Virus record (IMG/VR): IMGVR_UViG_3300047160_036266
Span: 192,001 to 256,000 of that record
DNA from: a virus
Lineage: Duplodnaviria > Caudoviricetes
Strand: one strand, 5' to 3'
Length of the DNA: 64,000 bases
Part shown: positions 1-9,147 of the stretch, one piece after another
Position numbering within the stretch: the stretch's first letter is position 1
Layout of the letters: each line of letters starts with the position of its first letter
Made by a program: the position numbers and the translations under genes
The notes under the pieces: model-generated
What the model was told of the DNA's origin: nothing
What the model saw: the letters and a program-made list of their open reading frames with translations, nothing else
Database searches by the model: none

Positions 1-1
1 T

Positions 2-139
2 CATGCCTTTCATATCAGGAGCGGGACCGTTGGGGTTCGCAACCGTGCTACCGGCAAGATGGTTTACCTCCCTCCAGTAAAGACTCCCCAGGAAGCCGAA
101 GATGCAATCAAGCGAATTATTACCGGCGGTGCTATATAA
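2..139 (+). CDS. 3' end of a hypothetical protein (truncated by window)
   Basis: Open frame HAFHIRSG...IITGGAI* ends just before the RBS of the next gene. Confidence 0.4.
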   Translation, partial: HAFHIRSGTVGVRNRATGKMVYLPPVKTPQEAEDAIKRIITGGAI

Positions 140-155
140 ACTCGGAGGTTGAAAT

Positions 156-599
156 ATGCAAACATTCCTTGAGTGGGCGGATGATAACGGTTTATTGTTG
201 GAAGCCGCTTTGGTTAAGTATTTATTTCCCAAGCAGTGGGGTAAGTCCGCCGATGACATGGGACAGAAGGGGTTCGCCATCTATGGCGTACCGATAAATC
301 CCCAAACCATGAAGCCGGCTGGCTCAACAATCGCCGTGTGGGCCAAGGACATCCGGCGAGCCACCCAGGAGGAAGGCCAGTTCGGCAACAACTTCGTCCT
401 GCAAGTCGTGCCGGACCCCAGGTTTGTTCGACAGGCCGGCAACATTCACATGCTCATCCTGGGCGCTGAGAGAGCCAACCAGTTGCTCGATGAATTTGAA
501 TCCTTCCAGAAGCAGCAAGCGATGGCGCAAGCTCAAAGTCAGGTTCGTCGTGTGCCTGGCAGCCGGGGCATGTTCCTTGGGAGAACCGGAACCGAGTAA
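156..599 (+). CDS. Hypothetical protein with capsid-targeting-like N-terminus
   Basis: CTATATA at 132-138, GGAGG RBS, starts MQTFLEW. Confidence 0.75.
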   Translation: MQTFLEWADDNGLLLEAALVKYLFPKQWGKSADDMGQKGFAIYGVPINPQTMKPAGSTIAVWAKDIRRATQEEGQFGNNFVLQVVPDPRFVRQAGNIHMLILGAERANQLLDEFESFQKQQAMAQAQSQVRRVPGSRGMFLGRTGTE

Positions 600-610
600 C
601 TATATACGGC

Positions 611-1210
611 ATGTGGCGATTCCGTGAATATGTTGAATCCAGGGACAAATCCTTTAGCGAACTATGGCAACGGAGTGCGGGCTTACTCGGCTCCAAACAG
701 GCCAAGCTCGCCCCTCCGTCAGCCCAACCTGCCGCAACAGCCCCAGCACAACAAAAAAACTGGCTGACGCCTGTGCCGCAGCACACGGGCGGGCACCTTA
801 CACTTTACCGTGGCATCGGCGGTGACTTCGATCCACATTACTACAGCGCCCAACAAGCGTGGAGCATGGACCTAGAAACCGCCTATGAGTATGCCCTCAA
901 AAACGCCAATGCCCAAGACACCCTCCCAACCGTTGTAAAAACGACGTTGCCAGGACATCTTCTCGATCCAAACCGTATAGGCATACCCACGGACAAAGCA
1001 GTTATGCACGCCAGCGGAACCGCCATTGTAGACATACCGCCGCCCGTATTACAAAAGCTGAAGGTCGAAGTTATCCCCCAACAGGAATTGGACCATAAAT
1101 TTCCATACAACGCTAAATGGGCGTACCAATTACGACAAGCGGCCCACCGGGCTGCTCATGGTATGGACCCCAATGCGGAGGAAGACTGGATGATTTCGGT
1201 GGACGATTAG
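611..1210 (+). CDS. Putative ADP-ribosyltransferase-fold protein
   Basis: LTLYRG...AWSMDLETAYEYA resembles ART R and S motifs; CTATATA 4 nt upstream of ATG. Confidence 0.5.
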   Translation: MWRFREYVESRDKSFSELWQRSAGLLGSKQAKLAPPSAQPAATAPAQQKNWLTPVPQHTGGHLTLYRGIGGDFDPHYYSAQQAWSMDLETAYEYALKNANAQDTLPTVVKTTLPGHLLDPNRIGIPTDKAVMHASGTAIVDIPPPVLQKLKVEVIPQQELDHKFPYNAKWAYQLRQAAHRAAHGMDPNAEEDWMISVDD

Positions 1211-2463
1211 TGATATTCGGTCCCTTCCTTCCGCTCCAGGTACTTGAAGTTGATCGCCTTCACCGCAGCCCGGTCGAAGAACTTGCTTGGATGGTTCTCA
1301 GTGCGTTCCTGGGTCGTGACAATAACGACACCCTCACGCTCCTTAAAGCTGCCGGCCTGTTCCGGGGCGCACATGGTCGTAGCCCCGCCGACATATTCAT
1401 CGACCTTGGCCCGTGAGTACGGACCACGGTAAATCTCCGGCACCATGCCGACCCGGAACCGCTTGGTGGCGGCGAGCAGATCGTCATAGCCCAGGTACTT
1501 GCCATCAACCGTGATGGCGAACACCCGGAAATCCCACTGACCGTTCTGGAAGCCGTAGGCCATGTCCTGCACCCCGGAGCCGAAAACCTCTCCGAAGCAG
1601 ACGATGTTGTGCTGACCGTTGCACAGATGCAGCAGCAGATCACGGATACCTGGCCGGTCCAGAACCTCGAAGAACTGGCTCCGCTTAGTGATCTCGAAGA
1701 ACCACTCCTTCTCCTGCTCGACCAGAGCCTCTTCCCCGGTGGGCTTGCCGCTTTCATCACGGACAGGCTTCATCACCTGTTCCATGACCACCATGCCGTC
1801 CGGGCCGTATTCGGTGCGGCGCTTTCGCTGGGTCTGCATCTCCTTCCGGCGCACGTCATGGCTCCCGGCCATGAACCGCCAGATCGGGGTGCCGTCGTCC
1901 TTGGTGTCCCGGATCAGGCCGACACGGCAGTTCTTACCGTGCAATTTTTCGGTGAACACCACTTCCTCGCCGTCTTTGAGAACGTCGGGGAAGTTCATGA
2001 TGTTTTCCAGGGTGAAGTACCTGTGGAACGCCGGGTGGTCGCGCTCGGCGTCACCGTCCGTGCAGTCCAGAGGCGGTTCCCACTTGCTCAGGTTGTAGTG
2101 GTCCACCACGCTCTGGCCCACCGGCCAGTCCGGGTTTTCCAGGGCCATCGGGAAGCCGTAGGACGGCTCGCCCCGCAGGCGGGCCACCTTGACGCGCACC
2201 CCGATCACATCGCCGCTCTGCTCGTCCTTGACGGGCGAGCCGTACTTGGTGACGTTCAGGCGGTCGGCTAGGGCCAGCGGCAGGATCGTGTCCGGGGGAA
2301 TGTAAACGATCTTATCCCCCTCCACGAACTGCGTCTTGCCGGTCTTGTCATCCCGCTGGATGCAGGTGCGCCAGCCCTTGACCGTGGCGATTGCCATTCG
2401 GTCGGCGTTCGGGTGCTTCTCTACCTTGTCCACCCGACAGACTTCAACGATCAGACTGGACAT
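1207..2463 (-). CDS. RNA ligase, DRB0094 family (OB-fold + nucleotidyltransferase)
   Basis: N-terminal HPNADR motif, TEKLHG adenylation motif, FGEVFG, REGVV. Confidence 0.9.
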   Translation of the reverse strand: MSSLIVEVCRVDKVEKHPNADRMAIATVKGWRTCIQRDDKTGKTQFVEGDKIVYIPPDTILPLALADRLNVTKYGSPVKDEQSGDVIGVRVKVARLRGEPSYGFPMALENPDWPVGQSVVDHYNLSKWEPPLDCTDGDAERDHPAFHRYFTLENIMNFPDVLKDGEEVVFTEKLHGKNCRVGLIRDTKDDGTPIWRFMAGSHDVRRKEMQTQRKRRTEYGPDGMVVMEQVMKPVRDESGKPTGEEALVEQEKEWFFEITKRSQFFEVLDRPGIRDLLLHLCNGQHNIVCFGEVFGSGVQDMAYGFQNGQWDFRVFAITVDGKYLGYDDLLAATKRFRVGMVPEIYRGPYSRAKVDEYVGGATTMCAPEQAGSFKEREGVVIVTTQERTENHPSKFFDRAAVKAINFKYLERKEGTEYH

Positions 2464-2663
2464 GCTTCTTCCAACCTCACTTCCTCGATCTTCTTGACCT
2501 TGCAGACGGGAGGGACGACTGCCATCCCGTCCACGGTATCCACCGCCACCATCACTTCGTCGTCGTCCACACTCACGACGGTGCCGGCGTAATCGACTTC
2601 GATGACCATGCAGCGCTTGTGGCCCAGGTCTTCGCTAAACGTCACCCGCTGCCCGACCATCAC
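2451..2663 (-). CDS. Small hypothetical protein
   Basis: ORF coupled to neighbours, GGAG RBS. Confidence 0.6.
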   Translation of the reverse strand: MMVGQRVTFSEDLGHKRCMVIEVDYAGTVVSVDDDEVMVAVDTVDGMAVVPPVCKVKKIEEVRLEEACPV

Positions 2664-2997
2664 TCCTCTCCTTCATCGCTTGCAAAATAAGACCCTCCAG
2701 TTCGGTCCATTTCTGCTTGTTGTAAGTGGGGGTTTCCTGGTCCTTGCCCCACAGCCGGTGGAAGGCTCCCCACAGTTTTTCCTCCGTGGTGGGCTGGTCG
2801 GTTTCCACAGGCCCGACCCCGACCTGGGCCACCCGGCCACACTGGCACAGGTAAAAACCGGGCAAGCCATCCTCGTACTCCTTGGGCTGCAAGAGCCGCA
2901 GGGGGCGCTTGCAGACAGGACACTTGCTGCCCTCGCACTGGATGACGATATATTTCGCCTTGCAACGATGCCTCCAAGCCATTGCGTCGTCAATCAT
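2635..2997 (-). CDS. Zinc-ribbon hypothetical protein
   Basis: CPVC and CQC motifs; GAGG RBS. Confidence 0.65.
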   Translation of the reverse strand: MIDDAMAWRHRCKAKYIVIQCEGSKCPVCKRPLRLLQPKEYEDGLPGFYLCQCGRVAQVGVGPVETDQPTTEEKLWGAFHRLWGKDQETPTYNKQKWTELEGLILQAMKERSDGRAAGDV

Positions 2998-3283
2998 TGG
3001 GTTCCTCTATTTTGGGTCCGAAGCGAAGACTCGTATCCACACCCCATCTGCCCTGCCAGTCCCACCCTTTGAGTTCGGGACCACCGTGGTTGGGGCCTGC
3101 CACCCAGGTATCGTTATACGCCGAGTGAACATGCACCCCACGGTCTTTGAACAGCGTGATAAAAGCAGGGCAGACGGTGATCTTGTTCCGCTTGTTGCGG
3201 TATTTTATCCAGTACCAGCCCTCCTCAGCGGGTGTTTTCTTGCTCCACCTGACTTTCACAAACTTCCTCCGGGGCCGGGCCAA
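2990..3283 (-). CDS. Hypothetical protein
   Basis: ORF in co-oriented small-gene run. Confidence 0.6.
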   Translation of the reverse strand: MARPRRKFVKVRWSKKTPAEEGWYWIKYRNKRNKITVCPAFITLFKDRGVHVHSAYNDTWVAGPNHGGPELKGWDWQGRWGVDTSLRFGPKIEEPND

Positions 3284-3515
3284 CCGGGCGTGACCCCCAA
3301 TACGCCCACACTTCCGCCTTCAGGCCCAGGTAAAGGCTCTCCGGCATGGCGTTGTACTCATTTCGGTAGTGTACTGCCATTCGGTGGTCGCCGTAAATCG
3401 CCAACCGCATTTTTCCGAAAGGGCGTTGTCCGACTTCAAAATAGGACAAACAACGCCCGCCGGGCAGCCTCAGCCGGTACTGGTAGCGGCGCTTGCGTTT
3501 ACGTCGAAGGTTCAT
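3225..3515 (-). CDS. Hypothetical basic protein
   Basis: ATG overlaps upstream stop (ATGA coupling). Confidence 0.45.
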   Translation of the reverse strand: MNLRRKRKRRYQYRLRLPGGRCLSYFEVGQRPFGKMRLAIYGDHRMAVHYRNEYNAMPESLYLGLKAEVWAYWGSRPVGPAPEEVCESQVEQENTR

Positions 3516-3991
3516 AGCCGCAAGCACTCCGGGTAGCCGGGCAGGGCCGGCTCGTCGCCGTCCTCCATCATCTCACGAGCCGCCAGGGCCATCTCGTGCC
3601 AGAACATCGACCGGCGGGCACCGATGTCGTGTGGGTCTTGCCAGTCCATCTTCCCGCACTTGGAGCAATTCCAGTTGCCGCCAATGCGGATTCGGGCCTC
3701 GTAGCGCTCACAGGCCCACTTCAACTCGTCCCAGGCCAGCATGAACTCGTTTTGCTCCAGGTACTCGTTGAACGACCAGCCGCCCTTGCCCATGTGCCTG
3801 GTAATCAGGCCGGGGGCGTTTTCTTTCTTGGCCTTCTTCGCCTGGTTCTGCTTGACGATCTCGGCCATCCGCTCGTCCGTAAGCGGCAGAACCAGGCGAG
3901 CGTGCTTCAGGTGCTTAATGATCCGTTCCCATTTGGTATCCTCCTTGCGGGGAATCAGCTTGCCGGCCTTCAGGTCTTCTAGCCAGGACAC
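3512..3991 (-). CDS. Hypothetical protein with CxxC
   Basis: AGGAG RBS, high GC3, CSKC. Confidence 0.65.
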   Translation of the reverse strand: MSWLEDLKAGKLIPRKEDTKWERIIKHLKHARLVLPLTDERMAEIVKQNQAKKAKKENAPGLITRHMGKGGWSFNEYLEQNEFMLAWDELKWACERYEARIRIGGNWNCSKCGKMDWQDPHDIGARRSMFWHEMALAAREMMEDGDEPALPGYPECLRL

Positions 3992-3995
3992 GGTA

Positions 3996-4439
3996 TTACT
4001 CCTTGGGTTCGGACTCCAGCTTCTTGAAAACGGCGTGAGCCTTCTGCACGTCTTCCTGCTTGCCGCAGTGGGGGCAGGTGACGACGAACTCGCATTGGCT
4101 CAAGTCCCACTGTATATTCTTATTGAGGGCGGCGTCCACTGTAAAGCGCTTCTTGCACTTGCACTCGTACACGTCGCGCCGGGAAATCTTGAAAATGTTC
4201 CCCTTGACCTTCGAGAGAATATGCTCGTCCATCGCCCGGTGGAAGACCCGGCCCTTGCCCAGCCAGTGCCGCTTCTGGGCCTTCTTCTTAAATTGCTGGG
4301 CCTTGCCCCAGGCAATATTGGAGAACGCCAGCATCAGGCGGTCCCAGGAGACGCATTCGAGCATCACCTGAGCGAAATCCTGGGGTGTCGCTTGGGCAAG
4401 CAGCTTCTTCAGCCGCCGCCTGGTGATCGGCTTCGTCAT
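3996..4439 (-). CDS. Zinc-finger hypothetical protein
   Basis: CKC and CPHC motifs; GGAG RBS. Confidence 0.65.
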   Translation of the reverse strand: MTKPITRRRLKKLLAQATPQDFAQVMLECVSWDRLMLAFSNIAWGKAQQFKKKAQKRHWLGKGRVFHRAMDEHILSKVKGNIFKISRRDVYECKCKKRFTVDAALNKNIQWDLSQCEFVVTCPHCGKQEDVQKAHAVFKKLESEPKE

Positions 4440-4773
4440 GGCTTGGTGGCTCCTAGACGGTGGGGGTTAGATTTTTCCTGAATGCCCACTCAGGGACGGT
4501 CTGGTTTGACTGCCCCCGGTATAACGTCCAGTCCAGTGACTTACTATGGGGGCAACCCTCCCCACAGAAGCAGGTTGGACCGCTGGTGGACTCGCCGCCT
4601 GGACTGTAGCCGGCGGGGTGGAAGTTGCTCCAGATACGGGCTTTTTAGTGTCTGTCATTTTGGGTACTCTCCATGTACGGGGTAATCCATCGTCTGTATC
4701 TAGTTGTTTTCTCAAAATATCTTGGCCCGGTTGGGGGCCTCCACCAGTATAGGTACGGCTGGGACGGAAGCGG

Positions 4774-5349
4774 TCAAGATTTTTTCGGACGGCGCACGCT
4801 GATGTTTGGGACTACCGCCCCCTGAACGACCATCATTTTTTGGGGGGCCGGCTTGCGTTTTTGGATGTATTCCGGTGGTTGTGTGTCGGGAAGATTTTCT
4901 GGTTCGTCCGGCACGCTTGCGAATTCTTCAAGGTGACGGCAAATAGTAATGGCGGCAACCCAGCCATTATTGACATATTGCATGGTGACGGGGAAGGGTT
5001 CTTCGTCCAAGTCCGTCAGACAGGCAAAGGCATGACCATACCGCAGGTATGAGTGTAGCTGCATAGTGGCCTCTGCGTTCAGCAGAAGTACACAGTCGTG
5101 AACAACATCCGCAACTGCCTGGGCTGTTGCCTCTATAACCATTGCAGCCTGGCAGTCGAGGTTCACACTGGCGAACGGGTCGAAGGTCGTTTCCCCACCC
5201 ATAGCAATATCGCAGACGTAAGCGACATTGGCAAGTGCTGCCGCTGTGGTTTCTGAGAATATGAGAACTTCTCCGTCAACTTCCATACCGTATATACCTT
5301 TGTGCAAAATAAAACCCCGGCCTGCAAAGCAAGCCGGGGCTGGATACAT
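4774..5349 (-). CDS. Hypothetical protein
   Basis: 191-codon ORF; start uncertain. Confidence 0.5.
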   Translation of the reverse strand: MYPAPACFAGRGFILHKGIYGMEVDGEVLIFSETTAAALANVAYVCDIAMGGETTFDPFASVNLDCQAAMVIEATAQAVADVVHDCVLLLNAEATMQLHSYLRYGHAFACLTDLDEEPFPVTMQYVNNGWVAAITICRHLEEFASVPDEPENLPDTQPPEYIQKRKPAPQKMMVVQGAVVPNISVRRPKKS

Positions 5350-5370
5350 GCCAGGGTTGAACTGACAAGT

Positions 5371-5817
5371 TTACTCCAAAATAATCTCAACACCGCTCAT
5401 CGGGTCTTCTGTAATGAGGACATCGGGTTCAGGCTGGGCCTTACCCTTGCCCTCGTGCAGTGGCGTCTTCTTGACCGGGAGGACATGCTCAACACGGCCT
5501 GCCTCCGTCACGGTGTCGGGTTGATCCAATATGAGTTTCTGTTCCATGTTTGCCTCCCTTTCCGCCTCTGGCGTCTGAATAGTTTCGATCAGCCTCAATT
5601 CGTTCGACCGAACCATGCCGAAATAGTAGCTATCCCCTTGGAAGCGTCCCTTCGGTCCTACCCGCCGCACGCCACTCTTGGTGGGCCTGGGCAGGGTGAG
5701 GTCGGCCTTGTCGTTGGCGTTCTCGAAGATATATACACCCTCGCCGTGCATATTCTTTGCCAACTCCTTTTCCCGGTTCTCTTTGCGTTGCCATTTGTTG
5801 AATCGTTGTCGGGCCAT
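5371..5817 (-). CDS. Conserved-looking phage hypothetical protein
   Basis: AAGGTG RBS before ATG; high GC3. Confidence 0.7.
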   Translation of the reverse strand: MARQRFNKWQRKENREKELAKNMHGEGVYIFENANDKADLTLPRPTKSGVRRVGPKGRFQGDSYYFGMVRSNELRLIETIQTPEAEREANMEQKLILDQPDTVTEAGRVEHVLPVKKTPLHEGKGKAQPEPDVLITEDPMSGVEIILE

Positions 5818-5944
5818 AATCACCTTATTTTTCGGCTTCCGAATGCTATAATACTACGGGCGGCAGCCGCATTCAAAGCCTGGAAGTCCAGTTCTGTCGC
5901 CCAAATATAGTAGTGTTGCACGGCCCCGTTTTTGGAGACGAAAT

Positions 5945-6268
5945 ATGAAGCCTAAGAAGTGGAGTGAGGTATATCCCCAAGGCACCAAGGAAGGCGACGA
6001 GGAGCAGAAATTCTTCATCGTGTTGGCCCGGCATCCAAAGTGGACCTGGCGAAGCACATCGGCCATCGCCAAAGAGGCCAACCTGACCAAAGAGCGTGTC
6101 GAAGAAATAATCGCCAAGTATTTCAAGAAGCACATGGTCTTCCAGAACCCCCAGAACGAAGACCAATGGGCCTATTGGGAACGAGTGCCGGAAATGTTGC
6201 CCAAGGACCAGGGAACCATCACGGAAAAAGATCAGAAGGACAGGATCAAGAAAGCGATCAAGCCGTAA
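5945..6268 (+). CDS. Hypothetical protein (possible HTH)
   Basis: GGAG RBS; STSAIAKEANLTKERVEEII is HTH-like. Confidence 0.7.
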   Translation: MKPKKWSEVYPQGTKEGDEEQKFFIVLARHPKWTWRSTSAIAKEANLTKERVEEIIAKYFKKHMVFQNPQNEDQWAYWERVPEMLPKDQGTITEKDQKDRIKKAIKP

Positions 6269-6271
6269 AAT

Positions 6272-6297
6272 AAGAAAGCCCCTTTCGGGGCTTTCTT
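6272..6297. terminator. Bidirectional intrinsic terminator
   Basis: aagaaagcccc-tttc-ggggctttctt between convergent genes. Confidence 0.85.
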
Positions 6298-6298
6298 G

Positions 6299-6583
6299 TT
6301 ATTCTGTCTCGTATTCCTTGCCCGGCTCCTCACGGGTGCCGCCTTCCGGCCCGATGGCATAGTCGGGCGGCGTCTTGTGATGAACGTGGTGCTTATATTT
6401 GGTGAACGGCGGGCCGGGTGCCATCTTTTGGATGGCATCGGCAGCGCTGGGGATGAACCAGAGATCGGGGTAGTGGGAGCGTATATATCCATCCGGGTAC
6501 GCCCACCAAGCGATGCCGGCACGCTTGGTGCTTTCATCCAACTCCAGGTTGTGCCCTTCGACCCAATGGAAAAACGTATCCAT
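6299..6583 (-). CDS. Small WAYPD-motif protein, copy 2
   Basis: TKRAGIAWWAYPDGYIR..YPD..FIPSAADAIQKM; paralogue of 6592..6810. Confidence 0.75.
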   Translation of the reverse strand: MDTFFHWVEGHNLELDESTKRAGIAWWAYPDGYIRSHYPDLWFIPSAADAIQKMAPGPPFTKYKHHVHHKTPPDYAIGPEGGTREEPGKEYETE

Positions 6584-6591
6584 CAATCTCC

Positions 6592-6810
6592 TTACGGGGC
6601 TTCGTCAGAAGGTGCCTTGCGGCTAGGCTGATGCTTGCCCATCTTCTGTAGGGCGTCGGCAGCGTGGGGCATGAAATAACCGTCCGGGTACTGCTGGCGA
6701 ACATAGGCATCGGGGTAAGCCCAATGAGCAATACCGGCCCGCTTGGTGTCTTCACTGACTGCGGGGATTTCCAGCTTGTTCTCTTCGGCCCATGCGATAA
6801 ATGTCTTCAT
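6592..6810 (-). CDS. Small WAYPD-motif protein, copy 1
   Basis: GAGG RBS; MKTFIAW start; TKRAGIAHWAYPDAYVR..YPD..FMPHAADALQKM. Confidence 0.75.
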   Translation of the reverse strand: MKTFIAWAEENKLEIPAVSEDTKRAGIAHWAYPDAYVRQQYPDGYFMPHAADALQKMGKHQPSRKAPSDEAP

Positions 6811-6879
6811 ATTACCTCTCGTAGTTTTGGCCAAACTATGATTTTATAGTAGTCTGCATCGCGCAGACCTGGAGTAGTT

Positions 6880-7581
6880 ATGCACGCCGCTGGCAAATTT
6901 AACATTCGTCCTGTCAAGATTTTGGCCCTGCCCGAACTCAATAATGGGGAACTATCCGATAAAGTGACCCGCCAGTGCGATTTCTGTCGCAAGGACGTGG
7001 AAGTGACCCTATTCAACCGGGCGCTGCTTGAGGCCCTGTCTGGTGCCAAGAACTTCTACTGTCGCTTCTGCCTTCAGCACGGGCTGCACACCCGCAACAA
7101 CCGCAACGTCTTGATTCTTAGTTTCCGAAGCATCCTGGGCTACTACTATTACGAGTTCTACCTGGGGGCCTCGATCAACCGGCACAGGATGAGCTATTCC
7201 GAGATCGAGGATTATGTACTGACCCACCAGGCGGTGGGCAGCCAAAACCCCATCTTCATCTTCGACCCCGAAACCTTCTACTGGTTCGTAGATTTCAACC
7301 GAGTCGGCGGCGGCGGAAAGAAGGTACGGGTGGAGGAGGTCCACAAAACCGTGCTGAATATCCTGACCTGCTTCAACCTGTGGGACGTGCCCAACATGCA
7401 GATGCACTCGCTTTACGAGAAGTACCGGACGGCGATTGAAGCCTTCTACCAGAAGCGTTTTCGCCCGGAGGGAAAACGCATCCTGTTGCCGTCCCTGGTC
7501 GGCTGTGGACTTCATGAACCCGTGAAGGGGCTGTTTGAAAAGACCAGGGGCTTCTCCAGCAAACAAATGTGCCTAAAATGA
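6880..7581 (+). CDS. Zinc-finger hypothetical protein
   Basis: CDFC and CRFC motifs; GGAG RBS. Confidence 0.7.
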   Translation: MHAAGKFNIRPVKILALPELNNGELSDKVTRQCDFCRKDVEVTLFNRALLEALSGAKNFYCRFCLQHGLHTRNNRNVLILSFRSILGYYYYEFYLGASINRHRMSYSEIEDYVLTHQAVGSQNPIFIFDPETFYWFVDFNRVGGGGKKVRVEEVHKTVLNILTCFNLWDVPNMQMHSLYEKYRTAIEAFYQKRFRPEGKRILLPSLVGCGLHEPVKGLFEKTRGFSSKQMCLK

Positions 7582-7602
7582 TGGAGTCATCATGAAGTTT
7601 TC

Positions 7603-7631
7603 TTGACTTCACACTAGCTTAGTGATATTGT
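7603..7631 (+). promoter_or_regulatory. Sigma70-type early promoter
   Basis: TTGACT-17 nt-TATTGT upstream of 7674 gene. Confidence 0.7.
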
Positions 7632-7673
7632 GACTGAGTTGCGGTCAAGAGGACATCAAACAAGAAAGGAAAA

Positions 7674-7976
7674 GTGATGAGCAAATTATCAGTGAAAGTC
7701 GTCCAGCGGAAGTCGGACGGCGAGGAATGGTACGAGGGATCGGTGACGATCCCCGGCCTCAAGGGCAATGTGCGACTCGCCCGCAAGTCGGACGGCAACA
7801 CCAAGTTCGCCACCCGCAGTGCCGTCAATGGCGCTGCCAAGAGCCTCGTGACGACCCTGAACGGGTTTACCGAGGTTGACTTCGGCCAAGACACCACAAA
7901 GGCCAAGAAAGCAGCCAAGAAGACTGCCAAGAAGTCGGCTCCCGCCACGACAGCGACCGCTGCCACGTCAGGCTAA
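7674..7976 (+). CDS. Small basic DNA-binding protein with histone H1-like tail
   Basis: AAGGA RBS; C-terminal KAKKAAKKTAKKSAPA. Confidence 0.7.
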   Translation: MMSKLSVKVVQRKSDGEEWYEGSVTIPGLKGNVRLARKSDGNTKFATRSAVNGAAKSLVTTLNGFTEVDFGQDTTKAKKAAKKTAKKSAPATTATAATSG

Positions 7977-8028
7977 GCCGTATTTGACGCTGCAAGGCGT
8001 TGGGCACAGGCAACTAAAGCCGCAGTGG

Positions 8029-8868
8029 TTAGCTGGACCTTGAAGCGGCCTCGCGTTCCTTACGCGAGGCCGCTTCTTTTTCCAACGTGTGTAGCAACCC
8101 CACCAGCTTCAGTTTGTCGTCTTGATAACGCTGTTGTAACGAAAGCGCCATCGACGCCGATTCCGGGCTGATGTCCAGAATGCGTTCCAGGGTTTCCATG
8201 ACGAGGTAATCCATCGCCCAATCTTCAATCAGACAGTTGCCGGCGAGGGTTGAGTGGCCGAGATCACAGTGGACCGCCGCCCCAGGAATGCAGGTGGCAA
8301 TCTTACGCAACTGTTCGCGCAACTCGGTGAACAGCGCTTCGCACGAAGGGGCTTCTTCTTCCGTCCACTTCATCCACGTCTCCCAATCCTGGCGTAAGAC
8401 TTCGGCGGTGGTGGCGAATGTCATCCGGGTGTCCTCCGTGTATCGCCAATGGCTGGCCATCGTCCGCCGCACCTGACTGGTTTCCCCATAGCCATACCCT
8501 GGTCCGTACTTGGCGGGATCGTCGTAGAGGGTGACATATTCTGCCAGTGACAGGCCCTCTGTGATGAGGAGCGGTGCCGCCTCACGATGAATATAATCGT
8601 CCTCCACGAAATATATGTTGCCGTTTAACTCGCAGGCGATCTCCAGGGCACGCCGCATCGACCCGCTGTTGCCGAGGCTGGTGATCTCATATTCCAAGCC
8701 TTGCTCGGACAATAGGGCGTAGGTGCCACCCTCGCAGTTGTCCGCAATTATTTTCAAATTGTCCCTGCCGAATATCTGAAGGTAGTTCTTGAGACACACT
8801 CCCTGAACCACGCCCGGAATGCGGTCTTCGGCCTTGCCTTTATTGCTGATTCGATATATCGCGTTCAT
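8029..8868 (-). CDS. GT-A fold glycosyltransferase-like protein
   Basis: IIADNC and YFVEDDYIH (DxD-like) motifs. Confidence 0.65.
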   Translation of the reverse strand: MNAIYRISNKGKAEDRIPGVVQGVCLKNYLQIFGRDNLKIIADNCEGGTYALLSEQGLEYEITSLGNSGSMRRALEIACELNGNIYFVEDDYIHREAAPLLITEGLSLAEYVTLYDDPAKYGPGYGYGETSQVRRTMASHWRYTEDTRMTFATTAEVLRQDWETWMKWTEEEAPSCEALFTELREQLRKIATCIPGAAVHCDLGHSTLAGNCLIEDWAMDYLVMETLERILDISPESASMALSLQQRYQDDKLKLVGLLHTLEKEAASRKEREAASRSS

Positions 8869-8980
8869 GCTTCTATTTTAGCGGATGGGCTGCGCGTAAC
8901 AATGAATCTTTTCCATAGTGTCAGTTTGTTCACTATGCAAAAGATTTATTTCTTCCTGGGGCGGCATACATAAATAAGGT

Positions 8981-9139
8981 ATGGAGGCCAAGGAAACGCC
9001 GAAGGAAACACCGAAGGCACCAGAGCCGGAGCAGGGTGGCTGCGGCTGCCGCAAGGCACCGCCGGGGAACCCTCGTGTTATCGTTCAACGGCCCGTGCGT
9101 CCGGTACAGCGTCCTCTCCGCAAGAAGACTTATTTATAA
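8981..9139 (+). CDS. Small basic protein with CGC motif (not in ORF track)
   Basis: TAAATA 4 nt before ATG; MEAKETPK...GCGCRK...KKTYL* (52 aa). Confidence 0.6.
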   Translation: MEAKETPKETPKAPEPEQGGCGCRKAPPGNPRVIVQRPVRPVQRPLRKKTYL

Positions 9140-9147
9140 GGGGTAAT

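Noticed and set aside
4746-4777. Sigma70 promoter TTGACC...TATACT on minus strand
   Set aside because: Spacer is 20 nt, outside the usual 16-18
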